Below, piece after piece: positions 16,601 through 32,602 of a DNA stretch of 64,000 nucleotides (position 1 is its first letter; each line of letters opens with the position of its first letter). The stretch lies in the NCBI RefSeq assembly GCF_009914755.1, contig NC_060925.1; one strand, given 5' to 3'. Position numbers and translations under genes: made by a program. Origin of the DNA: the human T2T-CHM13v2.0 reference genome, Homo sapiens. The notes below the pieces were generated by a model. The model had not been told where the DNA came from. It saw only the letters and a program-made list of their open reading frames with translations, and searched no databases.

Positions 16601-17008
16601 CATTCATTCTTAAAAGTCTCCAGTTCCTGCACATACACATGAATCAATGGCTCAAAGGAGGATGTAGATAGCACAGGGGTCGTGGTTTAGCTTTAAACTC
16701 CAAACTAGATTAGATTTTTAAAAATCCATAAGCAGCATTAGTCTTGAAAGCCATACTTCGTTGAAAGAGAAAAGGGCTTTCTAGAGACACACATTTTCCC
16801 CTACATGGCAAGAGCCATGAATGAAGAGAGAACTCAGGACATCATGGAGGAAAAAGGAAAGACTTCCTTCCCCTAGTACTGCAGAAATGAATGGGACTGA
16901 GAGGGAAGTTTTCATGTGAATGATCTGGTTCTCCCCATGGGATCTGAACCTTGAAAAGGGACCTGGTAACAACCAGATGATCTGGGGACTTTGGGAACTT
17001 TAGGGCTA

Positions 17009-17352
17009 TGTATTAGCCCGTTTTCATGCTGCTGTTAAAGAGATACCCGAGACTGGGCAATTTACAAAAGAAAGAGTTTTAATAGACTCACAGTTCCATG
17101 TGGCTGGGGAGGCCTCACAGTCATGGTAGAAGGTGAAAGGCATGTCTCACGTGGTGGCAGACAAGAGAAGAAAGCTTGTCAAGAGAAACTCCCCTTTTTA
17201 AAACCATCAGATCACATGAGACTTATTCACTATCATGAGAACAGCATGGGAAAGACCTGCCCCCGTGATTCAATTACCTCCTACTGGGTCCCTCCCACAA
17301 CATGTGGGAATTCAAGATGAGATTTGGGTGGGGACACAGCCAAACCATATCA
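17009..17352 (-). mobile_element. THE1 (MaLR) solo LTR
   Basis: tgtattag...ggggacacagccaaaccatatca; TSD ggcta/ggcca. Confidence 0.9.
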
Positions 17353-17432
17353 GGCCAGTACTTTGCTTCCCTGGGAGACTTCGAGCCTTAGAGAAAGTCT
17401 GGATTTGGCAGGACCGTTGTCTCAGCATGATG

Positions 17433-17876
17433 TGTATAGCGGGTTGAACAGTGTCCCCCAAGTTTGTGTTCACCCAGAACCTCAGAATGTAACCTTATTT
17501 GGAAATAGGGTCTTTGCAGATGTAATTAGTTAAGAATCTTGAGATAAAATCATCCTGGATTCAGGGTAGGCCCTAAATCCAATGACTGGTGTCCTTATAA
17601 GAAGAGGAGAGGACACCCAGAGACACAGAAAAGAAGGCCATGGGAAGATGGAGGCAGAGATTGGAGTGATGCTGCCACAGGCCGAGGAAACTGGAGAGCT
17701 GCTAGACATTGGAAGAGTTGAGGAAAGATTCTCTTCTAAAGACTGGCAGGGGAGCATGGCCCTGCTGACACCTTGATTTTAGACTTCCATCCTTCAGAAC
17801 AGTGGGAAGGAGAATAAAGTTCTGTTGTTTGGAGCCACCCAGTTAGTGGTAATTTGTTGCAACAGCCCTAGAAAGT
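17433..17876 (+). mobile_element. MLT1C-like MaLR solo LTR
   Basis: cctcagaatgtaaccttatttggaaatagggtctttgcagatgtaattagttaag...aataaagttctgttgttt. Confidence 0.82.
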
Positions 17877-18455
17877 GAAAATTGTGTGGAAGCAGCAGGA
17901 CAGTGCTGGAGCTTTGGGTCATGTGCCTGGTTGCCTATACCCACGTGTTCTGCCTGTGGGATTCACAATTTACACAGGCCTGAGTGAGAATGCAGGTGCG
18001 CTGAAGGAGCAGGCAATAGTGAAGAGTCAAGGTTTGGGAGGGGAACCAGAGACCCCAGACTTCAGAACTGCGGCTTTTGGGGTCAACACAACATCCCAGA
18101 ACATCAAGACACCAAGACATATCAGCTAGGACCCTGCAGTAGGACATCGGTGTCCAGATGAGACCAGAAGCAACCCAGTAGAAGCCAGGGGACAGTGTGT
18201 GGACCACAGAATTCATGCTTGATGCCATCAAGGTAGGAAGTTTCTGCCTGCACAGAGATACCCTCTTGGGAAGGAAGCGGGTGTCTGGCCAGAGCTCCTT
18301 TGGGAAGGGAAGGCACACCTGATAGAGAATTTGACCTTGGAAAATGAGTGCATGTTTACCTGAAAGAGGTATTTCTAACCTAGAAGAGCCTGGGCTACTT
18401 TTTATTGAAAAATTTAAGATCTGTGTGGTGTGCGTATATGTGTATGTTGTCATTA

Positions 18456-18790
<335 letters not shown>

Positions 18791-20677
18791 AAATAATTAA
18801 TTACAAGATGAGACCAGTTATGGAAATGCATTTCTAGTTTTTGCCTATTTTAGTTACAGTATCTAAATGTCAACTCCCATCTCACCCCATTCCTAGATAT
18901 TTGCTGTATTCTATTGTGTTTCCCACCCACCCCCATGTTCGTTCCCTCCCTTGAGCTGTCAGCCTCTTGTGGGTAGAGATGACATCAACTATCTTTTGAC
19001 ATATATTTGGATATCTGTGCCTGCAAGACCTAATAGGACAATTCTAACACACGGTGTCATCTCACTGAATATTTGTTGAATGAATGAAAAAATTCAGAAT
19101 GTATGAATAATTTTTAAAATTTTTCCTCAATAGCTTTCTTGTATATTTTAAAGGCTGTCTGGATTTTCTTAGGGCCTTTGCCTCAGACATGCATACGGCA
19201 GGAGTGTGAGATCTATGGAGTGGGCTCAGCTCATGGAGCAAGGAGGACGGCAGGGGCTCCAATGATGATGTCTGTGTAAGAATTCCCATTTAAGATCTTT
19301 CCAAGCACAAGAGTCATGGCCCAATGGCAGAGTGTCCTATGCCCACGAATAAATCAAGGATGAAGAAGACATTTTTGGAACCAGCATAGTTTCTGGTAGG
19401 ATCTTTGCCACTACTTAAAAAAAAAAAACAAGCATTTAAACTCCCATAGTGTAAATTAATTCAGATGTAAATAACCATTCAGACAACCAGGAATCTGACA
19501 AGCAGAGGTGTCTGCCAACATGTCCTGAGTAATTAGCTGGATTTTTGCACTTTTTTCTTTTTGCTGGCAGCACTAGGCAACACTTACTTATTTCTTAGCT
19601 CCACTTGATGGAGCTGATTCTAGGAGTTAAAAAAAAGACTTTGGATAATAAGGACCAGCTTCTCAGGCTTTGGAACCTGCTGTGGGAGTAAAGGCTGGCC
19701 TTCAAAGTTTCTGTTCTTAAGTCTGGAGGTGATTAGCATTAAGCCATGGGCCAAGCTACTACCTTCTTCCTGACCCCCTGTTTTTTTTTTTTTTTTTTTT
19801 TTTTGGAGCCATTTTACTGAGAAGCATGACATCTATCAACTTCCCAGATCCCTGCGAGAATGGATTGAGGAGTCTGAGCTCTGGAAATCAAAGTGGCTAA
19901 GCGAGCACCGTTATTGCTGTTAAGAAAACCTGCAATGCGCGAGTTGAAACTTTCTAAGTTTGGATCTGCTTTTGTCTGACCTCTGCCTGGATAGTAAGGC
20001 AGCTGAGTGATTCACAGGCACAGAAATGCACCACGTTGCTATTCCCAGACCCTGCCACAAAAGACTGTTGAATTCCCAATGTCTCCATGCTCACTTCCTG
20101 TCCTCACTGTGACTATGAGGCACTTTGAAGATTTAACACATTATAGAAACACACAGCATCATGTTTATAATAAGTCTACATTCTGAATCAAAATAATGGT
20201 TTAGTCTTCTCAGATGAGAGGGAATATCTGGGGCTAAATGAGGGTAAGTCACGTACTTTTCTATGTGCAGGCAAAACTGATTTTGTTCTGAGTGAGCTGC
20301 AGCCTGCAGCCTCTTTTCAAAGCTGACTCCTAGGGGGTTTGGCCAGGGCTGCTTTTTGCATGAATTGTTGACATTCAAACACCTTTATCTCTGATGCTGC
20401 TCTACAGCTTAATGTGATATTTCTGTCCAAACTCAACTTTTGATGAGAAGAAAAGATTTTTAATCCAAAATATGCACACAACTCCCCAGCCCCAGGGAAA
20501 GGACTTCTTTGTCTTAGTGAGAGCACTTCTTTGAGTGCTCTTTGGGTGGCTCTGTAGCTCACTTGCAGCATGGGATTGAGAAAGGAAAAGTGGAGCCCAG
20601 GGCAGGCAGGGGGTTTTCCAGCTCCTCTAAAGAGGTTGCTTACCAGTGGGACCTTACTGTTTTGCTTGGAAGTTTGA

Positions 20678-20994
<317 letters not shown>

Positions 20995-21240
20995 GATATC
21001 CACTTTTAAATGCCAGTGCTGTACTTGGCATAAAGTAGACCATGAATAAATGTTTGTTGAATAAATGAATGAATGATTAAAGCCCAAATTCCACTATATG
21101 GCTGTATGAGAGATTTTTGGCTTATTGGTTCCTTTGGGTTGTTTTGCCTCTATAACTTCCTCCCTTTTTTGTGTAACTGCTGTCCAGCTTAACCTGAGCA
21201 TGGATGTGTATGTATGCCAAACAGTCTCCTTTTTCCACTT

Positions 21241-21592
21241 TATCTTAGTTTGTTTGTGCTGCTATATCAGAATACCTGAGACTGGGTAATTTATAAAGAA
21301 CAGAAGTTTATTATCTCACAGTTCTGGGGCTGGGAAGTCCCAGAGCATAGCACCAGCATCTGGTGAGGGCCTTCTTGCTGTATCATCACATGGCAGAAGG
21401 TGGAAGGTCAAGAGAAAGCAAGTGACCAAACTTGCAGTCTTAAGCCCTTTTTATAATTGGCATTAATCTATTCATGAGGGTGGAGCCCTTGTGACCTAAA
21501 CACCCCCCCTTAGGTCTCATCTTCCAACACTATTGCATTTGGGATTAAGTTCCTAACATGTGCTTTTTGGGGGACACATTCAAATCATAGCT
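21241..21592 (-). mobile_element. MST/MLT1A-type MaLR solo LTR
   Basis: cttagtttgtttgtgctgctata...ggggacacattcaaatcatagc. Confidence 0.8.
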
Positions 21593-22159
21593 AATGCCTT
21601 TGTGCTTTTGGCCCTTCTTCCCCACCGCCCCACCCCCGCAACCCACCCAAGAGATAGATCCTGGTTATATTTCTGGCCTCTGTGTCCAGAGCCTGGTCAG
21701 ACTTCTGGGGCTTCATTTGTACATTCCTTTTTCCTGTAAGACTTATAGGGTTCTTGCCTCAGAAACAGCTCCCACCCCTAAAGTTACATATATAGAAACA
21801 TAATGTGGGAGGCAATTGGAAAAGGTAGATCTAAGCTTCTCTTGAACTTGTTTTTATTTAATCCAGGTTAGCATTCAAGGCTACCTGATCTTACCTTTCT
21901 AAGTATATTTCCAGTTTCACTTATTATTCACTCTAGCTAAGCAGGTCTGTTTAGTGATCAATGAAAACAACATGCACATTGACACCCTGCACTGCTTCAC
22001 ATATCTGAATTCTACCTGTTCTTCTAGCTGTGGTTGAATGGTTAGGTCCTCTGTAAAGTTTCTCCTTTATTCCAGCCACTGTTCTCTCAGTACTGGGAAG
22101 TCATTTATATTCTCCACTGGCTCCTTTGTGAAGTGCAAAGTTTGAGAACCAGCTCTTCA

Positions 22160-22770
22160 GTGGGACTCCCTGGGTTTGAATCCTAACCCCACTGTTTACT
22201 AGCTGTGTGTCCTTGGCAAAGTTACTCAACTTCTCTATGTACCTCTGGGTCTTACAATTGGCAGCTGAGAAGAGCTTGGTCTTACTGAAGAGATGAGTTT
22301 CTTGGAGGCCCATTTACATGATAAAGAGAGACCACAGACTGATCAGGCCCAGCTATCTTGGCAACTGCTCCTTCCCTGAACACCAAGACAAAAAAGTTGG
22401 AGAATGGTTCCAACTGGAGGACTTGTGGTTTTATAGGTTTCAGATACTATGCCGTAAAACAGCCCATTTTTATTCTCAGAGGCTCAAGCTGTCAGGTTCC
22501 TTTTACCTCTCTCCAGGAAGCCAGCATCCCTAGGCCTCCACCTCTGGGGTACAGGGAGGGAGGTTTAGAACTCAAGCTTTAGAGTCAGATGGATTTGGGC
22601 AAGACTGCTAGCTGACTCTGCTATTTACTGTATGACCTTGGTGCCTGATCTGTCTATCATTTTCTCATTGGTAAAATAGGAATGATAATACCCACGTTGC
22701 AGAGTGTGAGAATTAAAAAAGAGTGCAAGGCAAGTGCTTGCACAAGGTCTGATACCAGGAAGCAATCAAC
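22160..22770 (+). mobile_element. Two MIR fragments (~22160-22260, ~22570-22770)
   Basis: MIR core motifs (ctgggtttgaatcc...tgtgtccttggcaaagttactcaacttctct; gtaaaataggaatgataatacc). Confidence 0.65.
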
Positions 22771-22921
22771 ATAGATTATTAATAGCCACTAATTATAAAC
22801 CACTTTTGTGGAACATAAAGAGTGGCTGTTGTTGTGGTTGGGTCATAATGACATCTGATGCTCATTCAGATGACACAGGCAGGACTTTTTTTTTGTCCCA
22901 AGGTGAAAGCTTCTTCATTCC

Positions 22922-23016
22922 ATGTGTCTGTATGTGTGTATGTGTGTGTGTGTATATGTGTGTGTGTACGGTATGTGTGTGTATGTGTGTGTGTGTGTGC
23001 ATACATATATGTGCAC
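22922..23016 (+). repeat. Imperfect (TG)n/(TATGTG)n microsatellite
   Basis: Directly visible alternating purine-pyrimidine tract. Confidence 0.95.
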
Positions 23017-23964
23017 AGACAGATCTTTATAACTGTTTCAGGCGTCCTTTACATGAACTGAGAAAAATGGAATAATTAAGCACCTCACAGCTTTTAAAAG
23101 CTGAGATTCTGGTCGAGCTTAGAGGAGTAAAAGACAAGAGAGCAGAACTCAGTGAGCAGAGAGGGCACTCTCAGGACATATTGAAGTCAGTGCCTAAGAG
23201 GTAGAAAAAGGAAGGGAAATCACGGCAGTAATATTCAGACTGTAATATTAGATTTGACATCAGTCTTGTGAGTTGTGGACTTGTTAGCTGTAGGGTTAAA
23301 CTTAGTAGCCTCAGATTTTCAGCAGAATGCCTGAAACAGTAATGAAAAATGGCACACCCGCTCGTGGCTGATGGAAGAGCAGGAATATATTTCACATCTG
23401 ACGGGAAAGCTCAGGACTTTTAACTTTCCTACTGGAATTAGCAAATCAGAAAAAAATGGCATCACAGAGTTATCATGCCCAGCCCTGTCTATTGACTACC
23501 TATGCTTTAGAAGGGCAGAGGGCAGAAATGGGGATCTAGTTTTGACAGCTGAAGTTGGGAGGATGTGGGCATTTGGCATGCACCAGGAAGCTCCCCTACT
23601 CAAGCTCCACAGGTTCTGAGTAGGACGATTCCCCTGACAGACATCTGCTTCTTAAGCAGTACTGTGAAAATAGATGATACATCTCCAGGTGTGGAAGGAG
23701 CCAGGGCCCAGAGCTAAATGGGGAGTTTCTAACAAAGGCTCATTGTGATCTGTTTACAGTGCCTGTTTAGTGGTGCTAATAATAGGAAAATCACTTAATT
23801 TTCATTGGTGGGAAGATGACATTTAGATGAGCGGGAAATGCAAGCAGAAAGCTACATCCCATTACTCTGTCTCCCTGGCCTGAGGACTCTCTGAAATGGT
23901 CACTTCTGTGGCTAGAGGTTCTCCCCACTTCCCGTCCCCAGACTGGCTATGTTACTTCCTCTTC

Positions 23965-24140
23965 TTTTTTTTTTTTTAACTTTTTTTTTTTTTTGAGACA
24001 GGGTCTCACTCTGTTGCCTAGGCTGGAGCGCAGTGGCATGATCTCAGCTCACTGCAACCTCCATCTCCCAGGCTCAAGCTATCCTCCAGCTCAGCCACCC
24101 AAATAGCTGGGACCACAGGCATGTGGCACCATGCCCAGCT
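23965..24140 (-). mobile_element. Alu right-arm fragment (FRAM/AluJ)
   Basis: Poly(T) followed by gagacagggtctcactctgttgcc...catgcccagcta. Confidence 0.85.
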
Positions 24141-24369
24141 ATCCACTCTGTTACTTCTTAGGCAAAAACATGGCTTGCTGATTTGCTGCATCCGGTCCAC
24201 ACAGGCCAAGCTGGTCCATACCTGGTTTTCAGGTCATTACTACTACACATCTGCGGGGCAAAGAGAAATTAAGTGGCTTGCCTAAAGTCACACAGCTTGA
24301 AAGTGGGAAGCTCAAAGCTTCCCAACTAGCTTGTCATCTGATTCAGTTCAGCTAAAAATACCTCTGTTG

Positions 24370-25000
24370 ACATTGAATGTTCTTAACACAAATAAATGAT
24401 AAATATTTGAGATAATGTTTATACTAATTACCTGATCTGATCACTGTACATTATATGTATCAAAACATCATATGGACCCCACAAATAGGTAAAATTATTG
24501 TCAATTTTAAAAAATTTAAAAATAAAAATAAAACAATGTCATTACAGGACGTGAGCAAATTTAGGAAAAAAGTACTTCCATTGAACACACACTCTATCCA
24601 GAGCCTTGTGCTGGGTGCATCCATAGACATTTGCTCCCCTCTGTTGCTGTTCTTATCAAGATAATAGATGGCTTCTGTGCATCTCTGTTAGATTTCAAGC
24701 TCCTTATAGGCAGGGATTGTCTTCAGTTTATTGTGCCTGCCGAGTAAGAAGTGCTCTAAAGTAAACAAATGAAAGGTAGGCACTGCCCCTGCTAACCAGG
24801 TTACCAACAGCTGGGAGAAGGGGGAAATAGGAATTATTGTTTAATGGGTACAGAGTTTTAGTTTGAGAAGTTGAAAAAGTTCTGGAGATGGATAGTGGTG
24901 ATGGTTGCACAACAGTGTAAGTGTAATTAATGCCACAGAACTGAACACTTAAAAAGGTAAATTTTATGTTATATTTATTTTGCCACAATAAAACAAAACA
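24370..25000 (+). mobile_element. Two L1M 3'-end fragments (~24370-24530, ~24805-25000)
   Basis: L1MA/L1MB 3'UTR motifs (aaaagttctggagatggatagtggtgatggttgcacaaca). Confidence 0.75.
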
Positions 25001-25897
25001 GAAAAGTGCTCCACAGCCTGAGGACAAGTGACCCCTAGAGCCCAAGCCTGGCCCAGGTGGCCTGGACACTGCACACTGACCCAGTCTCCAGAGCCCTTGC
25101 ACCCCGGCTTGTCTGGAAGGGGCTGGAGCAGGTGTGGGAACTGGAGCAAATGGAGGTTTAGGATTTGGAGTAGATCTTATCTAAGCTATAAGAGCTTCAT
25201 TATACACATCCCCTTTCCAGAAGCCACGAGTTCTGTCTATAGTGGGTACTGTTCTATGTTATTTTATGTGATGGTTGGTCCAGTGCAGCCACATGGGGCA
25301 GGCTCTGGAAAAGGAAGTTTATTACACTCACAGGTCCTGGAAGCAGGAGGTGTGGCACACAGGACCACAAGGGAAAGCACCAGTGTAGGTCAGGAGGCAG
25401 AAAGGGCCAGAGTGAGGGAAAATCTAGGCCACGGCCTTTACTGGGGTTTGCACAGGAAAGGTCAGGCGGAGCAGCATAAACAGTTTTGGATTGGGCAATT
25501 TGCATTATAAATGGCAGGCTTTGGGCTCTCTAGGGATGGTCTCTAGTTGCCTGGTACCTGGCTCTGGGAAGACTAAGGCAGAGGAATATTGCTTCTTGTA
25601 GTGTGCAGGTCCCATAGAAGAGATGTGACTAGATAGGCCAGCCCCTGCAAGGGCAGTCTCTCTCTATCCAGAAAGAGTTATAAGATAAACATCAAAATAT
25701 ACTGAAAATAAAAATATAAGCACACATTGTTTTACTGCACTTTGCTTTATTGTGCCTTGCAGATATTGTATTTTTTACAAATTGAAGGTTCATGAGAACC
25801 TTGTGTTGAGCAAGTCTGTCAGCACCATTTCTCCAACATCATGTGCTTGCCTCATGTCTCTGTGTCATATTTTGGTAATTCTCACAATATTTCAAAT

Positions 25898-26164
25898 TTG
25901 CCCTGTTGTCAGGCTGGAGTGCAGGGAAGTGATCAGAGCTCACTGTAGCCTTGAACTCCTGCACTCAAATGATCCTCCTACCTCAACCTTGCAATAAGCT
26001 GGGACTACAGTTGTGCACCACCATACCTGTCTAATTTTAAAATTTTTGTAGAGTCAGAGTCTCACTATGTCACCCAGGCTGGTCTCAAACTCATGGGCTC
26101 AAGTGATTCTCCCACCTCAGCCTCCCAGGGTGCTGGGATTACAGGTATGAGCCACCATGCCCAG
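25898..26164 (-). mobile_element. AluJ lacking its tail, inside Tigger1
   Basis: Antisense Alu body without poly(T) or TSD. Confidence 0.85.
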
Positions 26165-27462
26165 TCTGTGATCAGTGATCTTTGATGTCACTGTCATAAT
26201 CGTTTTGGGGCACCACAAATTGTGCCTAAGATGGCAAAGTTGATCAATAAATGTTGTGTGTGTTCTCACTGCTCCATCAACTAGCCATTCCCCTATCTGT
26301 CTCCTTTTCCTTGGACCTTTCTTTTCCTTGAAACACAATAATATTCAATTTAGGCAAATTAATAACCCTACAATAGCCCCTGAGTGGTCAAGTGAAAGAA
26401 GAGTTGCATGTCCCCCATTTTAAATCAAAAGCTGGAAATGATTTAGCTTAGTGAGGAAGGCATATCGAAAGTCGAGATGGGCCAAAAGCTAGGCCTCTTG
26501 TCAGTTAGCCAAGTTGTGAATGCAAAGGTGAAGTTCTTGAAGGAAAATAAAAGCACTACTCCAGTGAACACACAAATGATAAGAAAGCAAAACAACCTTG
26601 TTGCTGATGTGGAGAATATTAGATGGAAGATCAAACCAGCCACCACATTCCCTTAAGCCAAAGCCTAACCCAGAGCAAGGCCCTAACTCTCTTCAATTCT
26701 ATGAGGGCTGAGAGAGGTGAGGAAGCTGCAATAGAAAAGTTTGAAGCTAGCAGCGGCTGGTTTACAAGGTTTAAGGAAAGATGCCATCTTCATAACATAC
26801 ACATGCAAGGTGAAGCCACAAGTGCTGATGGAGAAGCTGCAGCAAGTTACCCAGAAGGTCTAGCTAAGATCATTGATGAAGGTGGCTACACTAAACAACA
26901 GATTTTCAATGTAGATGAAACAGCCTTCTCTTGGGAGATGCCATCTAGGCATCTTTCATAGCTAGAGAGGAAAAGTCAATGCCTGGCTTCAAAGTCAAGC
27001 TCACTCTCTCATTAGGGGCTAATGCAATTGTTGACTTTAAGTTGAAGCCAATGCTCATTTACCATTCCAAAAAATCCTAGAACCCTTTATAATTATGCTA
27101 AATATACTCTGCCTGTGCTCTCTAAGTGGAACAACAAAGCCTGTGTGACAGACATTTGTTTATAGCATGGTTTATTGAGTATGTTAAGCCCACTGTTGAG
27201 ACCTATTGCTCAGGAAAAAAGATTCCTTTCAAAATATTACTGCTCATTGACAATGTACTTAGTTATCCAAGAGTTCTGATGGAGATGTACAAGGATATGA
27301 ATATTGTTTTCATGCCTGCTTGCACAACTCCATTATGTAGTCCATGGATTGAGGAGTATTTTCAGCTTTCCAGTCTTATTATGAATTACATACATTTTAT
27401 AAGGTAATGGCTGCCATAGATAGTGATTCCTCTGATGGATCTGGGCAATGTAAATTGAAAAC

Positions 27463-28890
<1,428 letters not shown>

Positions 28891-29803
28891 GAAACTTCCT
28901 GGAAAGGATTCACCATTCTAACATGCCATTAAGAACATGTGTAATTCATGTGAGGAGGCCGAAATATCCACATTAACAGAAATTTGGAAGAAGTTGATTG
29001 CATCCCTCATGGATGACTTTGAGGGGTTCAAGACTTCAGTGGAGGAATTGACTGCAGATGTGGTGGAAATAGCAAGAGAACTAGAATCAGAAGCGGAGCC
29101 TGAAGATGGGAGACAATTGCTGCAATCTCATGATCAAATGTGAATGTTTGAGGAGTTGCTTCTTATGGATGAGCAAAGAAAGTGGTTTCTTGAGATGAAA
29201 TCTACTCCTGGTGAAGATGCTATGAATATCGTTGAACTGACAACAAAAGATTTACAATATTACATAAACTTGGTTAATAAAGTAGTGGCAGGGTATGAAA
29301 GAATTGACCCCAATTTTAAAAGAAGTTCTACTATAGGCAAAATGCTATCAAACAGCATTGCATGCTACAGAGAGATCTTTCACGAAAGGAAGAGTCAACT
29401 GAGGTGGCAAACTTCATTGTTGTCTTATTTTAGGAAATTGACACAGCCACCCCAACCTTCAGCAACCACCACGTTGATCAGTCAGCAGCCATCAACATGC
29501 AGGCAAGACCCTCCACCAGCAAAAAGATTAAGACTTGCTGAAGGCTCAGATGACTGTTAGCATTTTTTAGCAATAAAGTATTTTCAAATTAAGGTTTGTA
29601 CATTATTATTTTAGACTGAATACTATTGCACATTGAATGGACCACAGTATAGTATAAACATAACTTATATGCCCTGGGAAACCAAAAAATTCATGTGACT
29701 CCACTTTATTGTGGTGGTCTGCAACCAATCTCACAGTATCTCCTAGGTGTACCTGTATAAACATACAGGTATCAGATAAAAGGTCACTTGGGGAATAAAG
29801 AAC

Positions 29804-30170
29804 TTTTGCAGTTATCTATTGCTGCATAATATTTATTATTAACAAGTGGGACCATAAATCTGGACTGCAATGTATGCTTAATATAGACATTATTATTTTA
29901 TTGGCTACCATGCAGCAATAGATAACTGCAAAAATTATTTTAGTTGCTCCAATTTTAGTTGTTTAAAAAAACCGCCACCCTTTATTTGCTTATAATTCTG
30001 CAATATGAAATGGGCTCAGCTGGGCACTTGTCTCTGCTCCAGGTGGTGTTAGCTGCACTTACCTATGGGTTTGTAATCAGTTGGCAGGCTTACTGAGCCA
30101 AGATGGCCTTCCTCAAATATGTGGCATCTTGGAAGCAAGACTGGGACAGCTAGAGGCTGGATGGGCCTCT
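29804..30170 (-). mobile_element. Old MLT1-type LTR fragment carrying a templated insertion
   Basis: gttatctattgctgcataa ... ttagttgtttaaaa ... gggctcagctggg. Confidence 0.6.
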
Positions 30171-31010
30171 TGTTCCTTATGGAATATCATATTTAATGAA
30201 TTAGCCTTTATTAATTTTTGATTACCTTCAATCCAAGGAGGTTTGCTAACAGCTTTTGGCAAAGTTGAAGCATTTAATAAATAGAAACAACTTAAAAACT
30301 CATTATGCCTTTTACATAATTTATTGGACAATTTAATAATTTGTCATTTAAATTATCATATTTATATTATATAGATTTATATAAATAAGTTCATAATTTA
30401 TTTGATCACAATCATTTTGCATAATTTATTAGATATTCTAATAATTTTCTTAGAATTTATAATTGCTTTGTTTCAAGTGGCATATTACATTTCTTTGCTT
30501 CTATAGTTTTAAAATTTATCCTTATATGCTTAATAACTTTTATTGATTGTTGAATTAAATGATTGATTTAACAGAAACATTTCTTGTAAAGACAGAGAAA
30601 GTATAGATATCACTATTGGAATATTGTTTACTAAGGCTAATTCTCTAAAATATGGTTTAATTTTCCAAATGTTTACTCCCATTTCACAAGTTATGTTAAA
30701 ATGAATATAAAATTTCTAAACTCTCTTTGCATTACAGCATTACAGGTTTTCTATTGGGGCTTCATAGAAAATTAATGAATGACATTTTACTGCATTGGTT
30801 TATAACTTCTCAAATAAGTTACTTTCTCATTTTAGTAATGTTTTCCAACAAGTGGGTCCATAACTCTAGAATGCAATGTATGCTTATATAGGTATTATTT
30901 CTTAATGCCTATTGAATATTTCATGTTTGAAAATGCTACTCTCTCAATTTTTAATTTCAATTCCAAGATTATCAGATATATTATTTAGTTCTCTGTTTTT
31001 CTCATCTACA

Positions 31011-31497
<487 letters not shown>

Positions 31498-31510
31498 CAT
31501 TTATGGAATT

Positions 31511-32602
31511 TTTTATGGGCTGAACTGTGTTCTCCCAAAATTCATATGCTGAATACCCAACCACCGATGTAACTGTATTTGGAGAAAGTCCCTATAACGA
31601 GGTAATAAAGGTTAAACGGGGTCATAAGGGTGCAACCTTAATCTGATAGAACTCCTGTCCTTATAAGAAAATATACCAGAGATCTCTCTTTCTCCCCATG
31701 TGTGCACAGAAGAAAGGTTATGTGAAGGCACAGAGGGAAGGTGGCCGTCCACCTGCTAGTGTTACAGGCAGCGAATCCAAACAGGTCTGCAGCAACCTCA
31801 ATTCTTGCCTCCTCAGAAGAGATAATTTGACTGAGAGGCATAAAGCAGAGTGAGAGATGGAGGCAAGTTTTAGAGCAGGAGTGAAAATTTATTAAGAAAG
31901 TTTTAGGACAGGAATGAAAGTAAAGTACACTTGGAAGAGGCCCAAGCGAACAACTTGAGAGATTCAAGTGCGCTGTTTGACCTTTGACTTGGGGTTCTAT
32001 ACGCTGGCATGCTTCTGGGGGGTTGCATCCCTTCTCCCCTGAGGCTTCCCTTGGGTTGGGCTGTCCGCATGCTCAGTGGCCTGCCAGCACTTGGAAGGTG
32101 CTGCATGCAGAGTGTGTTTACTGGAGTTGTACACATGCTTACTAGAGGTGTTTTTCCCTTACCACTCCAGAGTTCCCAGAGGGAGGAACACTGTATACCA
32201 GTGAATGCCGCCATTTTGCCGCTTAGTGCACATGCTTGAGCCCATTCACCCAGCTCCTGAGATCTTATCGGGAAGCTGTTGATTGCACCAGTTTCAGGTC
32301 TTTTCTATCTATTGGGAGACTGGCTTTCCCTGGCGCTGGCTGTGACCAGTTATTATTTTAGAGAGACAGTGTGACAACTGCCCGACAATCACCTGATGGT
32401 CGTCTGACATTCCTAGTGTAGGGGGGTCATGTCTGCCTGACTACCTACTGTAACACTAGGATGAGAGCCCTCATGAAAGACTTAATTTCACAGTACCTAG
32501 ATAGTGGATTTCCAGCCTCTAGAACCATGAGAAAATACATTTCTGTTGTTTAAGCCACCCAGTCTGTTGAGCTTTGTAATGGCAGTGTGAGCAAAATAAT
32601 AT
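31511..32602 (+). mobile_element. MLT1A/B MaLR LTR split by MER50
   Basis: ttatgggctgaactgtgttctcccaaaattcatatg...ttccagcctctagaaccatgagaaaatacatttctgttgtttaagcc. Confidence 0.8.
31760..32455 (-). mobile_element. MER50-like ERV1 solo LTR
   Basis: Minus strand begins TGTTACAGTAGGTAG; perfect 4-bp TSD CTAG. Confidence 0.85.
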
